The notes under the pieces were generated by a model. It made no database searches. It had not been told where the DNA came from and saw nothing but the letters and a program-made list of their open reading frames with translations. A program made the translations under genes and the position numbers. Source: Bacteroidia bacterium (lineage in GTDB: Bacteria > Bacteroidota > Bacteroidia > Palsa-965). Taken from it: a DNA stretch of 64,000 nt. Numbering within the stretch: position 1 is the stretch's first letter; the number at the start of each line of letters is the position of its first letter. This document shows positions 46,768 through 56,567 of this stretch, piece by piece. The DNA lies in assembly GCA_023151315.1 (NCBI GenBank), contig JAKLJE010000012.1, forward strand, positions 27,584 through 91,583. Reading direction: 5' to 3'.

Positions 46768-49638
46768 ATGATCACCGCGAAACGGTTTATTCTTGCGACA
46801 CTGTTGCTTCTTGCGGCTTCTTGCGGTTTGAACGCGCAGGTAACTGTAAGCGGACAGCTTGTTAGTACGCGAGACACTACAGCACTCTACGGGGCCGTGA
46901 TTGTGATGCGGAGTTTCCCGGATTCCACATTGATCGGAACAACAGCTGATACTGCCGGCAAGTTTGAACTGAGCAACGTTAAAGACGGTCGTTACCGTAT
47001 GACGATTCGATATTCCAGTTTTCTACCGGTTGTTAAGATGATTCGTGTGGAAGGAAAAGCAATTGATCTCGGAGTGATTCCAATGTATCCGGATTCCTCT
47101 TATCTGAAGACAGTTGTTATAGGCAGTACAATGATTCGTGTTGTACAGAAGAACGATACAACGGAAATGAACGCAGCGGCATTTAAAACAAATCCAGATG
47201 CAACTGCAGAAGATCTTGTGGGTAAAATGCCCGGTATTCAAGTGCAGAACGGCGAAGTAAAAGCTCAGGGTGAAACTGTGCAGAAAGTACTCGTTGATGG
47301 CAAAGAGTATTTCGGCGATGATGCGTCTTCGGTATTGCGGAATATGCCTGCCGATATGGTTGATAAAGTCCAGATTTTCGATCAGCGCAGCGACATGGCA
47401 ATATTTACAGGCGTTGATGACGGGAACACGAAAAAAACACTGAACATCATTACTAAGAATCAATATTCCAATGCAACATTCGGAAAAGTGTACGCAGGTT
47501 ACGGTACCGATAATCGTTATCAGGCAGGTTTCGTGCTGAACGATTTCAGAAAGGATCAGAAAATCACGCTGCTTGGAAATTTCAATAACATCAATCAGGT
47601 CAATTTTTCCATGCAGGACATGAGCGGAATATCAGGGAATAATTCCGGCGGCTCACGCGGAGGAGGAATGATGGGCAGAGGCGGAATGGGCCGTGGAGGC
47701 GATAACAGTTTCATGGTTGGACAACAGAAGGGAATAACTCAAGTGAGTTCATTCGGTATGAATTATGCCAATAAGTGGGGAACGAAGACACAGTTGTCCG
47801 GAAGTTATTTCTTCAACGCAACAGACAATACCAATCAGTCGTTGACTGCGCGTACGTTTTATGCGCCTGCATCAGGAACATTCTATTATCAGGATAATTC
47901 AACTTCTTCGTACAACCTCGGACATCGTGCCAATTTGCGCCTCGAATACAATCCGGATTCAGTGAACAGTTTCACATTTGCACCTCGTTACAGTTATCAG
48001 TATACGGACTATCGTAATCTGATTTCCGGAGCCAATTACACAACGGAAGATACGTTGAACTCAACTTCTACTGATAACGCGTCATTGAACACATCCAACA
48101 GCATCAGCGGAAATCTCAGTTACAGACATCGCTTTAAGAAAGCGGGACGCACTTTCTCGGCTGAAGTCAGCGGCAGTTTTCTCAGCAGAGACGGAAGCGG
48201 AGATTTGTTTTCTCTGAACAAATGGTTTTCAGGCGGTGATTCAAGTGTAGTTGTTGATCAGAACTCCGATTTGAATTCCGTAAGCTGGAGTGTTGCACCG
48301 ACCCTTACCTGGACTGAAAAAGCCGGTAAAGCAGGAATATTGTCATTCAGTTACAGTCCGTCCTACTCATTGAATGCATCAACGAAGATGGCACTCAGCT
48401 TTGATTCAACCTACAGTGATTACATTCTCGTTGATACTACAGTCAGCAATGATTACGACAACTATGTTGTGGTGAACAAAGCCGGAGTGAATTACAGAAC
48501 AGGCGGTAAGGGAAATATGTTCTCTTTCGGATTGGATGCGCAGCGCACTGACTTAATCGGTTATCGGTATTTTCCTTCCGAGGTAAATACAGAAGAACAG
48601 TTTTATAATCTGCTCCCGAGTTTTACCGCACACATTAAAAAAGGGAAGAAGATTTCCGCACGTATCAATTACCGTACTTCAGCAAATGCTCCTTCACTAT
48701 CCCAATTGCAGAACGTAATTGATAACTCGAATCCGCTTTCATTGTCTGCAGGTAATCCGTTTCTTAAACAGAGTTATTCGCACACTTTGTTCTCACGCTA
48801 TTCGTATAACAATACTGATAAAGCACGAAATCTTTTCCTCTTTGTAACTGCAACGTTGACGAACAATTACATTGGTTCATCATTACTTCTTGCGGGTGCG
48901 GATACTGTTCTCGGCAACGGTGTGGTACTTGGAAAAGGAGCACAGTACTCGCAGCCGGAAAATCTCTCGGGTTACTACTCAGCCAGTACATTTGGTGCAT
49001 ACAGTTTTCCATTGCTGAAACTTAAATCGAATTTCAGTTTTAACTGGATGTACAGTTTGCTCTCTTCGCCGGGATTAATCAACGGAGTAAAGAATATTGC
49101 CTTGAGCAATACTGTTGGTGGCGGATTTACTTTAAGCTCCAATATCAGTCAGCGAATAGATTTTTCTGCAGGATGGAATGCTAACTATGTGGTTGTGGCG
49201 AATTCAGTGAATGAATCTTCCGACAACAGTTACTATTATCATACTCCGAACGCACGACTTAATCTTCTTCTTGGAAAAGGATTTGTATTGAGCAGCGATG
49301 TAAACTTTACAAGTTATCGTGGATTAGGAGATGGCTTCAATCAGGATTTTCTGTTGTGGAATGCCTCATTCGGATACAAGTTTGCAAAGAATCGTCAGTG
49401 TGAATTCCGTATTACAGCGTTTGATATCCTCAAACAGAATCAGAGTTTATCGCGTACTATCGGAGAAACTTACATTGAAGACCAGCGCACGCAAGTATTG
49501 CAGCAATATCTGATGTTTACGTTCACCTGGAACTTCAAAAAGTTCAGAGGTGGCGGCGAGCCTACCGAAAATCAGACTCCTGCGGAAGGTCCTCGTCCGC
49601 AATTTCCTCCGGGACCACCTCCCGGACACATGCATTAA
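46768..49638 (+). CDS. Large outer-membrane beta-barrel / TonB-dependent-receptor-like protein with a CarbopepD_reg domain.
   Basis: Signal peptide MITAKRFILATLLLLAASCGLNAQ. Plug-like region. Internal Gly/Arg-rich segment GGSRGGGMMGRGGMGRGG. The barrel ends FTWNF and is followed by a Pro-rich tail. Confidence 0.7.
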   Translation: MITAKRFILATLLLLAASCGLNAQVTVSGQLVSTRDTTALYGAVIVMRSFPDSTLIGTTADTAGKFELSNVKDGRYRMTIRYSSFLPVVKMIRVEGKAIDLGVIPMYPDSSYLKTVVIGSTMIRVVQKNDTTEMNAAAFKTNPDATAEDLVGKMPGIQVQNGEVKAQGETVQKVLVDGKEYFGDDASSVLRNMPADMVDKVQIFDQRSDMAIFTGVDDGNTKKTLNIITKNQYSNATFGKVYAGYGTDNRYQAGFVLNDFRKDQKITLLGNFNNINQVNFSMQDMSGISGNNSGGSRGGGMMGRGGMGRGGDNSFMVGQQKGITQVSSFGMNYANKWGTKTQLSGSYFFNATDNTNQSLTARTFYAPASGTFYYQDNSTSSYNLGHRANLRLEYNPDSVNSFTFAPRYSYQYTDYRNLISGANYTTEDTLNSTSTDNASLNTSNSISGNLSYRHRFKKAGRTFSAEVSGSFLSRDGSGDLFSLNKWFSGGDSSVVVDQNSDLNSVSWSVAPTLTWTEKAGKAGILSFSYSPSYSLNASTKMALSFDSTYSDYILVDTTVSNDYDNYVVVNKAGVNYRTGGKGNMFSFGLDAQRTDLIGYRYFPSEVNTEEQFYNLLPSFTAHIKKGKKISARINYRTSANAPSLSQLQNVIDNSNPLSLSAGNPFLKQSYSHTLFSRYSYNNTDKARNLFLFVTATLTNNYIGSSLLLAGADTVLGNGVVLGKGAQYSQPENLSGYYSASTFGAYSFPLLKLKSNFSFNWMYSLLSSPGLINGVKNIALSNTVGGGFTLSSNISQRIDFSAGWNANYVVVANSVNESSDNSYYYHTPNARLNLLLGKGFVLSSDVNFTSYRGLGDGFNQDFLLWNASFGYKFAKNRQCEFRITAFDILKQNQSLSRTIGETYIEDQRTQVLQQYLMFTFTWNFKKFRGGGEPTENQTPAEGPRPQFPPGPPPGHMH

Positions 49639-51846
49639 TTATTTAAGAGCCTGTGCTGCGGCGAGATTGTTTTTCGCCAATTCCCATTCAGGATTCAATT
49701 CAACAGCCTTCGTGCCTGCATCAATAGCGCATTGCTTGTCTTTAAGTTGCGTACACGCTGCACAGATATTGTTGTAACCTGCTGCGCTTTTCGGATCGAT
49801 CTTTACTGCCTCCTGTGCTGCATCTCGGCTCGCTGCATAATTTCCTACGTTGTAATAACCTAAACTCAGGTTGAGCCATGTGTCATGTGTAGGTGTTGCA
49901 TCTACTGCAGCCTTCAGCGACTCAATCTGCGCTTTCTGACGCTGCGCTTCCGCAAGGTTATTGCGACTCATTTCATCGGTTGGTAACAATTGCACGGCTT
50001 TTTGTCCGGCTTCAATTGCTTTGTCAAATTGTCCGAGTTTATTGTAAGCTGCGCAAATATTATTGTACGCCAATCCGTAATCGGATTTCATCTCTGCAGC
50101 TTTTTCCGCTGCCAATGCGCTCTCCATATATTGACCATCAAGATAATATTGCAGAGAGAGATTAACGTAGTTTTCCGGAGTAGGTTTTTCCGTAGCCGCC
50201 TTCTTGGCTAAGTCCAACGCGGAAACAAAATTCGGAGTGTCGTAGAATGCCAGGTAATTGTTGATTCCCTGATGTCCCGGTGATTTCTCATGTCCTGTTC
50301 TCAGGAAAGGGATTGCTTCTTTTTCGCGATGTGTGCGAATCAGGAAATCTGCGTAATAATAGTAAGGCTCCGGATTTCCGGGATCAACAGCCAGAGCTTC
50401 CTTATAATAACGCTCCGCTTCCGCATTCATATTCTTTCTGGAAAGCGCAACTCCCATGTTGATTTTCGCATAAGCGTAGCCCGGAGCGAGATCAAGTGCT
50501 TTCTGGAATACAATAATTGCGCTGTCAACATTTCCACGTGCCATCAAAGCGTTACCGTAGTTCATCCAGCCACGTCCGTTTTCAGGACTCTTAATGGTTA
50601 CATCTTTCCAAAGAGATTCACCGCTGCCCCAAACTTCACAACGTTCTCTTGTTCCGATCATATGAGCAGTCAGAAGGAATCCCGTAAATCCGAGAGCAAC
50701 CATTTTGTGCAAGCTGAATCCGGATTCTGTATTAATGCGTCTCCAGCCAATCACAGCGAAATTCGCAACTACCAGAATCAATCCGATATAAGGGAAAAAG
50801 ACACGGTGATCGTTCATCACTTCCGCAAACGAGAATATACTGCTTGTAGGTGCAAGTGCTATGAAGAACCACGCAATGCCGAATGCCGCTGCCTTTGTTT
50901 CTTCTTTGAATGACCAGCGTATACCTGCAACAATCAGTGTTCCCAGAATAAATGCCCCTGCAAAAACACGCGTATCAAACAGATTGGAGAAATATGCCCA
51001 ATCTGTATCAGCGCTCAGATTAACAGGAAGTATGAACGTGTACAGATAATGGACGATCACGAACGATTGCGTGAACAAGTAATGTAAAGGGTCTGCTCCT
51101 CCGCTGGTCCAGGTTGACAGTGTCATTTTTCTCGAAATCAGAAATAACACGGCAGCAAGTATGAATGAGACAATTATTCCCGGGGATACAAGATTGCGAT
51201 TGGATTCATTTCGTACAAAGAGCAAGTGGTATACGAGCAACATTGGAGCGAACATGATGGCTGTTTCTTTAATCAGGAATCCATAAGCTATCGGTAACAG
51301 ATAGATGTAATATTTTCTTCCTTTTTCCCAATAGAAATACAGGTTGAAGGCCAGAATGATAAATAACGTGGATTGTGAATCAGATCGTGCCGAGATATAA
51401 TTAATGGTTTCCGCATTGGCGGTATGCAGCATATAAAACCCGGTTGAGAGAAGAGCAATCCAATTTGTCCACTCAATGGAAGGGAAGCATTTTTTCAGCA
51501 AGTGCAGAATGAAAAAATAGAGCAGCACTCCAAGTATCAGATACAGAATAAAGATGTGAATGTGAAACACTACCGGATCAGGTGTGCCATCAGATAAAAT
51601 AGTGTCAATACTATTGGTAATTGTCATCCCGGGTCGCCAAGCCTGATTGGCAGGAAGTGTGCTGAACGCTGTCGGATCAGTCAGAAATCTTCCGATATCA
51701 AGAGTGTCGAGAGAACTGTTTTTGACAATAGTGTGGTCATCGTCAAAGTGAAAAGGATTGTCGAAATGATTCTGGTAGGCTAGAAACACCATGAGGAGCA
51801 GTGCCAGGGCCACGCCGAAGAATGGAATAGAGTAGGGTTTTTTCAT
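49639..51846 (-). CDS. Polytopic membrane protein with C-terminal TPR repeats (PMT/TMTC-like, possible GT39-type glycosyltransferase).
   Basis: N-terminal roughly 400-aa multi-TM domain with FHFDDDHTIV, followed by at least eight TPR motifs. Confidence 0.5.
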   Translation of the reverse strand: MKKPYSIPFFGVALALLLMVFLAYQNHFDNPFHFDDDHTIVKNSSLDTLDIGRFLTDPTAFSTLPANQAWRPGMTITNSIDTILSDGTPDPVVFHIHIFILYLILGVLLYFFILHLLKKCFPSIEWTNWIALLSTGFYMLHTANAETINYISARSDSQSTLFIILAFNLYFYWEKGRKYYIYLLPIAYGFLIKETAIMFAPMLLVYHLLFVRNESNRNLVSPGIIVSFILAAVLFLISRKMTLSTWTSGGADPLHYLFTQSFVIVHYLYTFILPVNLSADTDWAYFSNLFDTRVFAGAFILGTLIVAGIRWSFKEETKAAAFGIAWFFIALAPTSSIFSFAEVMNDHRVFFPYIGLILVVANFAVIGWRRINTESGFSLHKMVALGFTGFLLTAHMIGTRERCEVWGSGESLWKDVTIKSPENGRGWMNYGNALMARGNVDSAIIVFQKALDLAPGYAYAKINMGVALSRKNMNAEAERYYKEALAVDPGNPEPYYYYADFLIRTHREKEAIPFLRTGHEKSPGHQGINNYLAFYDTPNFVSALDLAKKAATEKPTPENYVNLSLQYYLDGQYMESALAAEKAAEMKSDYGLAYNNICAAYNKLGQFDKAIEAGQKAVQLLPTDEMSRNNLAEAQRQKAQIESLKAAVDATPTHDTWLNLSLGYYNVGNYAASRDAAQEAVKIDPKSAAGYNNICAACTQLKDKQCAIDAGTKAVELNPEWELAKNNLAAAQALK

Positions 51847-52013
51847 ACTGGAGGAAGTCCGGAATACGGATTCTGCAATGGTTCCGAAGATAAGAAAAGT
51901 TCTACCTGCAAGTGCTTTATCGTGCCGGTATTCATACCTGTATCCGCATTGTAATTGTATCTTTGCGCCCTGTGGGACTTTTTACAAAACGAAGCGATAA
52001 GAAAGAAGGCGAA

Positions 52014-52799
52014 ATGTCTTTCCTAAGCCACATCGAAGCATTACGATGGCATTTGGTGCGTTCCGTTATTGTAATTCTGATTCTTGCCGGCGTAGCATTC
52101 GGCTTCCCGGAAATATTATTCGGCAAAATAATACTCGGTCCTTCAAAACCTGAATTCGGTACTTATCAGGTGTTGTGTTCACTATCAAACAGCTGGGGCA
52201 TGGGCGACGCTTTGTGCTTCAAAACATTTGAGTTTACTTTTCAGAATACCGCTGTAACCGGCCAGTTTACTTTGCACATGTGGGCGGCGTTCGTAGCCGG
52301 CCTCATTGCCGGATTTCCTTACCTGTTGTGGGAGTTATGGAGATTTGTGAAACCGGCATTGCAAATCAAGGAAATCAAAGCTGCCCGCGGATTTATTTTT
52401 TACGCTTCTGTACTCTTTCTCATGGGCGTTGCTTTTGCCTATTGGATCGTTTCGCCGATGGCCATCTACTTTCTCGGTAACTACAAGGTGGATCCTACGA
52501 TTCAGAACGATTTTGCCATCGACTCCTATATTTCTGTAGTTACCACTCTGGTGCTGCTGATGGGTTTGGTGTTTGAGTTGCCTATCATCATGTATTTTCT
52601 CGCACGTTTCGGAATCATCACTGCCGAATTCCTTCGCAAATACCGAAAGCACGCGTTGGTTGTGATCCTTATTGTTTCTGCTGTTATTACTCCGACTACC
52701 GATGTGTTCACGCAGGCTTTGGTGGCAGTTCCGCTCTGGATTCTTTTCGAAGCCAGCATCATCGTCGTGGCACGCACGCAGAAGCGGAGCGAAGTCTGA
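52014..52799 (+). CDS. tatC: Twin-arginine translocase subunit TatC.
   Basis: N-terminus MSFLSHIEALRWHLVRSVIV. Six TM helices. Start at the first ATG. Confidence 0.88.
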   Translation: MSFLSHIEALRWHLVRSVIVILILAGVAFGFPEILFGKIILGPSKPEFGTYQVLCSLSNSWGMGDALCFKTFEFTFQNTAVTGQFTLHMWAAFVAGLIAGFPYLLWELWRFVKPALQIKEIKAARGFIFYASVLFLMGVAFAYWIVSPMAIYFLGNYKVDPTIQNDFAIDSYISVVTTLVLLMGLVFELPIIMYFLARFGIITAEFLRKYRKHALVVILIVSAVITPTTDVFTQALVAVPLWILFEASIIVVARTQKRSEV

Positions 52800-52864
52800 T
52801 CTTCATGCATTGGTTTTTTACCGATGCGAATTCCTATTTTTAACATCCTAAAATTCTACCGACC

Positions 52865-53212
52865 ATGACACTGGTAAATGAGTTCAATGCATACAGAGAG
52901 AAGATGAATGCGAAAATTCTGGACGCAGACAATCTTGTTCTTAAACGACTTTTCAATCTCGACACCAATACGTATCAGGACGGAGCATTGCCTGCGAAAA
53001 CGAAAGAGCTGTTGGGCCTTGTAGCATCAATGGTGCTGCGTTGTGATGACTGTATTAAGTACCATTTGGGCAAATGCTATGAACTGGGTGTTACTAAAGA
53101 GGAAATATTTGAAACATTCGCTGTGGCTAATATCGTAGGCGGTACGATTGTCATCCCCCATACACGCCGTGCTGTGGAGTATTGGGACGCATTGAGCGAA
53201 AACGCAGACTGA
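52865..53212 (+). CDS. Carboxymuconolactone decarboxylase (CMD)/AhpD-like family protein.
   Basis: CxxxH-type motif LRCDDCIKYHL. 115 aa. Confidence 0.75.
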   Translation: MTLVNEFNAYREKMNAKILDADNLVLKRLFNLDTNTYQDGALPAKTKELLGLVASMVLRCDDCIKYHLGKCYELGVTKEEIFETFAVANIVGGTIVIPHTRRAVEYWDALSENAD

Positions 53213-53252
53213 TTGTGCCGTTTTCCCATTGTCAATTCTTATATTCGTAGGG

Positions 53253-55718
53253 ATGATGCGCCCCGTATTTTCGCTTCTGATATTTATACTGTGTTTTGCA
53301 CCTTCCGGTGTATTCGCGCAGGCGCAGACCATCATCACCGGTACTGTTTACGATTCATTGACAAACGAACCAATGCCGTTCGTCAATATTATTCTTCCCG
53401 GAACGAAAGCCGGTGCTGTTTCCGATATCGAAGGAAAGTTTACAATCGTTACAACTGTGCATGCAGATTCCATTCGTGCACAGTACATCGGTTACAAACC
53501 AACAACACTTCCAATTCGTAACGGGGTTAAACAGAATATCAATATTCCCCTAAGTAAAAATACGGTTGCACTCGGTGAGATTATAGTTTATGCAGGAGAG
53601 AATCCCGCTCACATTCTGCTTCGAAAAGTTTGGGCGAAGAAGCCGGACAACAATAAAGAGAAACTGGATTGCTACCAATACGAAGCATACAATAAACTGG
53701 AATTCGATCTGAATAATATTTCCGAAGATTTCCAGAAGCGTAAAGTGATGAAACCGGTAAGTTTCATTTTCGATCGTATCGACAGTACAAATCCAACTGA
53801 GAAACCGCATCTTCCGATGTTTTTCTCTGAATCCATCTCGGATTTTTATTATCGCAAGGATCCGAAAACAAAAAAGGAGATCATCAAAGGCTCGAAGGTT
53901 TCCGGCGTTGAAGATGCTTCCATCTCTCAGTTCACCGGCGAGATGTACCAGGATGTAAACATCTACGATAACAATATTATTCTTTTCGGTAAGCATTTCG
54001 TCAGCCCCATGAGTACCAACGGCTTGTTGTTCTATAAGTACTTTCTGGTTGATAGTATGAATGTTGACGGACATTGGTGTTATCAGGTACAGTTCAAACC
54101 GAAGCGTAAACAGGAATTACTCTTCGTAGGGAATATGTGGATCGCTGATTCGTCATACGCTGTAAAACGCCTTGAAATGACAATCACTGAGGATGCCAAC
54201 CTTAACTATGTTACTGCGTTTTATGTGATTCAGGATTACGATAATGTTTCAGGAGAATGGATGCTCTCAAAAGAAAAAGTTGTTGCGGATTTCGCTCTCA
54301 CAAAACGACAGATGGGATTGTATGGACGCAAAACAACGTCGTATCGTAATGTCAAAGTGAATCAGTGTAAGGACGATGAGTTTTATACACGCACCGAGAA
54401 TCTGATCGTGGAGGAGGGCGCGGAAAAGAGAGACAGTGTATTCTGGGCTCAGGCACGTCACGATACACTTTCGCGAACTGAACAGGGTATTTATGATATG
54501 GTGGATTCAGTGCAGAATCTTCCCGTATACCGAACGTGGGAGAATATCATGATCACTGCCTATTCCGGTTACAAAATCATCGGTCCGTTTGAATTCGGTC
54601 CTTGGTATAAAACGGTTTCCGGCAACCAGATTGAAGGAGTTCGATTCCGTTTGGGAGGTCGAACGAGTAACGCGTTTTCAAAGTGGGTTGAGTTCAGCGG
54701 TTACGCTGCTTACGGGACGAAGGACGAAGAGTTTAAATACAATTTCGGATTCAAATCATTTATCACGAAGAAACCGCGTCAACTCGTTGGTGTAAACTAC
54801 AAGAACGACTACGAGATTCTCGGCCAAAGTAATAACGCATTCACAAGCGATAACCTCCTGGCTTCCATCTTCCGGAGAAATCCACTGAACAACATGACAA
54901 GAGTTGAGCAGTACGAAGTTTGGTATGAACGTGATTGGTTCACCGGATTCAACATGCGACTTTCATTGGTGAACAGAAACATGTACGCGTTGAACGATAC
55001 TGCTTACTATCATCTCATGCCTTCCGGAGCGCCTGAGTATCACTCTTCAATTCAGACTTCTGAGGTCCGCGCCAATTTCCGTTTTGCGTGGGATGAAAAG
55101 TATATTGAAGGTGTATTCTCCCGTGTAAGTATGGGAACACGTTATCCTGTTGTACAAGTGCAGTATGTTGCAGGATTGAAAGGAGTTTTCAATTCCGATT
55201 ACACTTACCACAGAGTTAGTATTAACGTGGACGACAGAATACGTATCAATCCGATCGGTTATACCAACTACATACTGGAAGCCGGAAAAATTTTCGGAAC
55301 TGTTCCTTATCCATTAATGATCCTGCATCCGGGTAATGAAACCTACGTGTACGATTGGGCGTCATTTAATATGATGAACTACTATGAATTTGCAAGCGAT
55401 CAGTACGCAATGGCAACGCTGATTCATCACTTCGACGGATTCTTCCTCAATAAGATTCCACTGATGCGAAAACTGAAATGGCGTGAAGTGGCATCGTTCC
55501 GTGCAGTATACGGCAGTGTTTCAAATTCAAACAAGGATGCGCTCGTGTTTCCGTCTACTTTGTATTCTCTGAATCGCGGTCCTTATATGGAAGCCGGTGC
55601 AGGAATCGAGAATATATTCCGTTTCTTCAGAGTAGACTGTTTCTGGCGACTGACTTATCTCGATAATCCGCGCGTGAAACCTGTAGGAGTGCGGATTTCA
55701 CTTCAGGTATTGTTCTGA
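53253..55718 (+). CDS. DUF5686-family protein with an N-terminal carboxypeptidase-regulatory-like domain.
   Basis: Signal peptide, IITGTVYDSLTNEPMPFVNIILPGT, roughly 820 aa. Confidence 0.6.
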   Translation: MMRPVFSLLIFILCFAPSGVFAQAQTIITGTVYDSLTNEPMPFVNIILPGTKAGAVSDIEGKFTIVTTVHADSIRAQYIGYKPTTLPIRNGVKQNINIPLSKNTVALGEIIVYAGENPAHILLRKVWAKKPDNNKEKLDCYQYEAYNKLEFDLNNISEDFQKRKVMKPVSFIFDRIDSTNPTEKPHLPMFFSESISDFYYRKDPKTKKEIIKGSKVSGVEDASISQFTGEMYQDVNIYDNNIILFGKHFVSPMSTNGLLFYKYFLVDSMNVDGHWCYQVQFKPKRKQELLFVGNMWIADSSYAVKRLEMTITEDANLNYVTAFYVIQDYDNVSGEWMLSKEKVVADFALTKRQMGLYGRKTTSYRNVKVNQCKDDEFYTRTENLIVEEGAEKRDSVFWAQARHDTLSRTEQGIYDMVDSVQNLPVYRTWENIMITAYSGYKIIGPFEFGPWYKTVSGNQIEGVRFRLGGRTSNAFSKWVEFSGYAAYGTKDEEFKYNFGFKSFITKKPRQLVGVNYKNDYEILGQSNNAFTSDNLLASIFRRNPLNNMTRVEQYEVWYERDWFTGFNMRLSLVNRNMYALNDTAYYHLMPSGAPEYHSSIQTSEVRANFRFAWDEKYIEGVFSRVSMGTRYPVVQVQYVAGLKGVFNSDYTYHRVSINVDDRIRINPIGYTNYILEAGKIFGTVPYPLMILHPGNETYVYDWASFNMMNYYEFASDQYAMATLIHHFDGFFLNKIPLMRKLKWREVASFRAVYGSVSNSNKDALVFPSTLYSLNRGPYMEAGAGIENIFRFFRVDCFWRLTYLDNPRVKPVGVRISLQVLF

Positions 55719-55803
55719 TGCGTTTGTAGCAGATCAAACTGATCGATTTCCCAAAATAATCCAACTGAACTCAACCTGTTCTGCAAATACATAACTTTAC
55801 TTC

Positions 55804-56535
55804 ATGATTCTTGGTGCAGATAATATCATCAAAAAGTACAAGAGCAGAACAGTGGTTCAGGGCGTTTCTATTGAAGTGCGTCAGGGAGAAATCGTGGGTT
55901 TGCTCGGTCCGAACGGTGCAGGAAAAACCACTTCGTTCTACATGATCGTGGGGATGATTCAGCCGAATTCAGGTCGCGTTTATCTTGATGATGTGGATAT
56001 CACCGGAGAACCTATGTATCGCCGTGCGCAGCGCGGAATCGGGTATCTCGCGCAGGAAGCATCAGTGTTTCGTAAACTCAGTGTGGAATCAAACATCAAA
56101 GCGATTCTCGAGATGACGAAACTTACGAAGGGAGAGCAGGAGAAGAAGCTGGAACAACTTCTGGATGAATTCGGCTTGCAACACATACGCAAGAACAATG
56201 GTGATTCTCTTTCCGGCGGTGAGCGTCGCAGAACGGAAATTGCACGTTGTCTGGCAAACGATCCGAAGTTCATTCTATTGGATGAGCCTTTCGCAGGTGT
56301 GGATCCTATTGCCGTGGAAGACATTCAAACTGTAGTATATAGCTTGAAGAAGAAGAACATCGGCATTCTGATTACCGATCACAACGTTCACGAAACGCTT
56401 TCAATTACTGATCGCGCTTATCTGCTTTTCGAAGGACGTATCCTGAAAGCAGGGACCGCTGAAGAACTTGCTGCCGATGAAAAAGTGCGGCGCGTTTATC
56501 TCGGTAAGAATTTCGAACTACGCAAACACGTATAA
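55804..56535 (+). CDS. lptB: LPS export ABC transporter ATPase LptB.
   Basis: Walker [10 protein letters not shown]. Signature LSGGERRR. 243 aa. Confidence 0.88.
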   Translation: MILGADNIIKKYKSRTVVQGVSIEVRQGEIVGLLGPNGAGKTTSFYMIVGMIQPNSGRVYLDDVDITGEPMYRRAQRGIGYLAQEASVFRKLSVESNIKAILEMTKLTKGEQEKKLEQLLDEFGLQHIRKNNGDSLSGGERRRTEIARCLANDPKFILLDEPFAGVDPIAVEDIQTVVYSLKKKNIGILITDHNVHETLSITDRAYLLFEGRILKAGTAEELAADEKVRRVYLGKNFELRKHV

Positions 56536-56567
56536 AAAAAGGCTCTGATTTCAGAGCCTTTCATTTT
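56536..56567. terminator. Bidirectional intrinsic terminator between the convergent lptB and dsbD genes.
   Basis: AGGCTCTGA and TCAGAGCCT form a perfect 9-bp stem with loop TT. It is flanked by A7 and T-rich runs. Confidence 0.7.
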
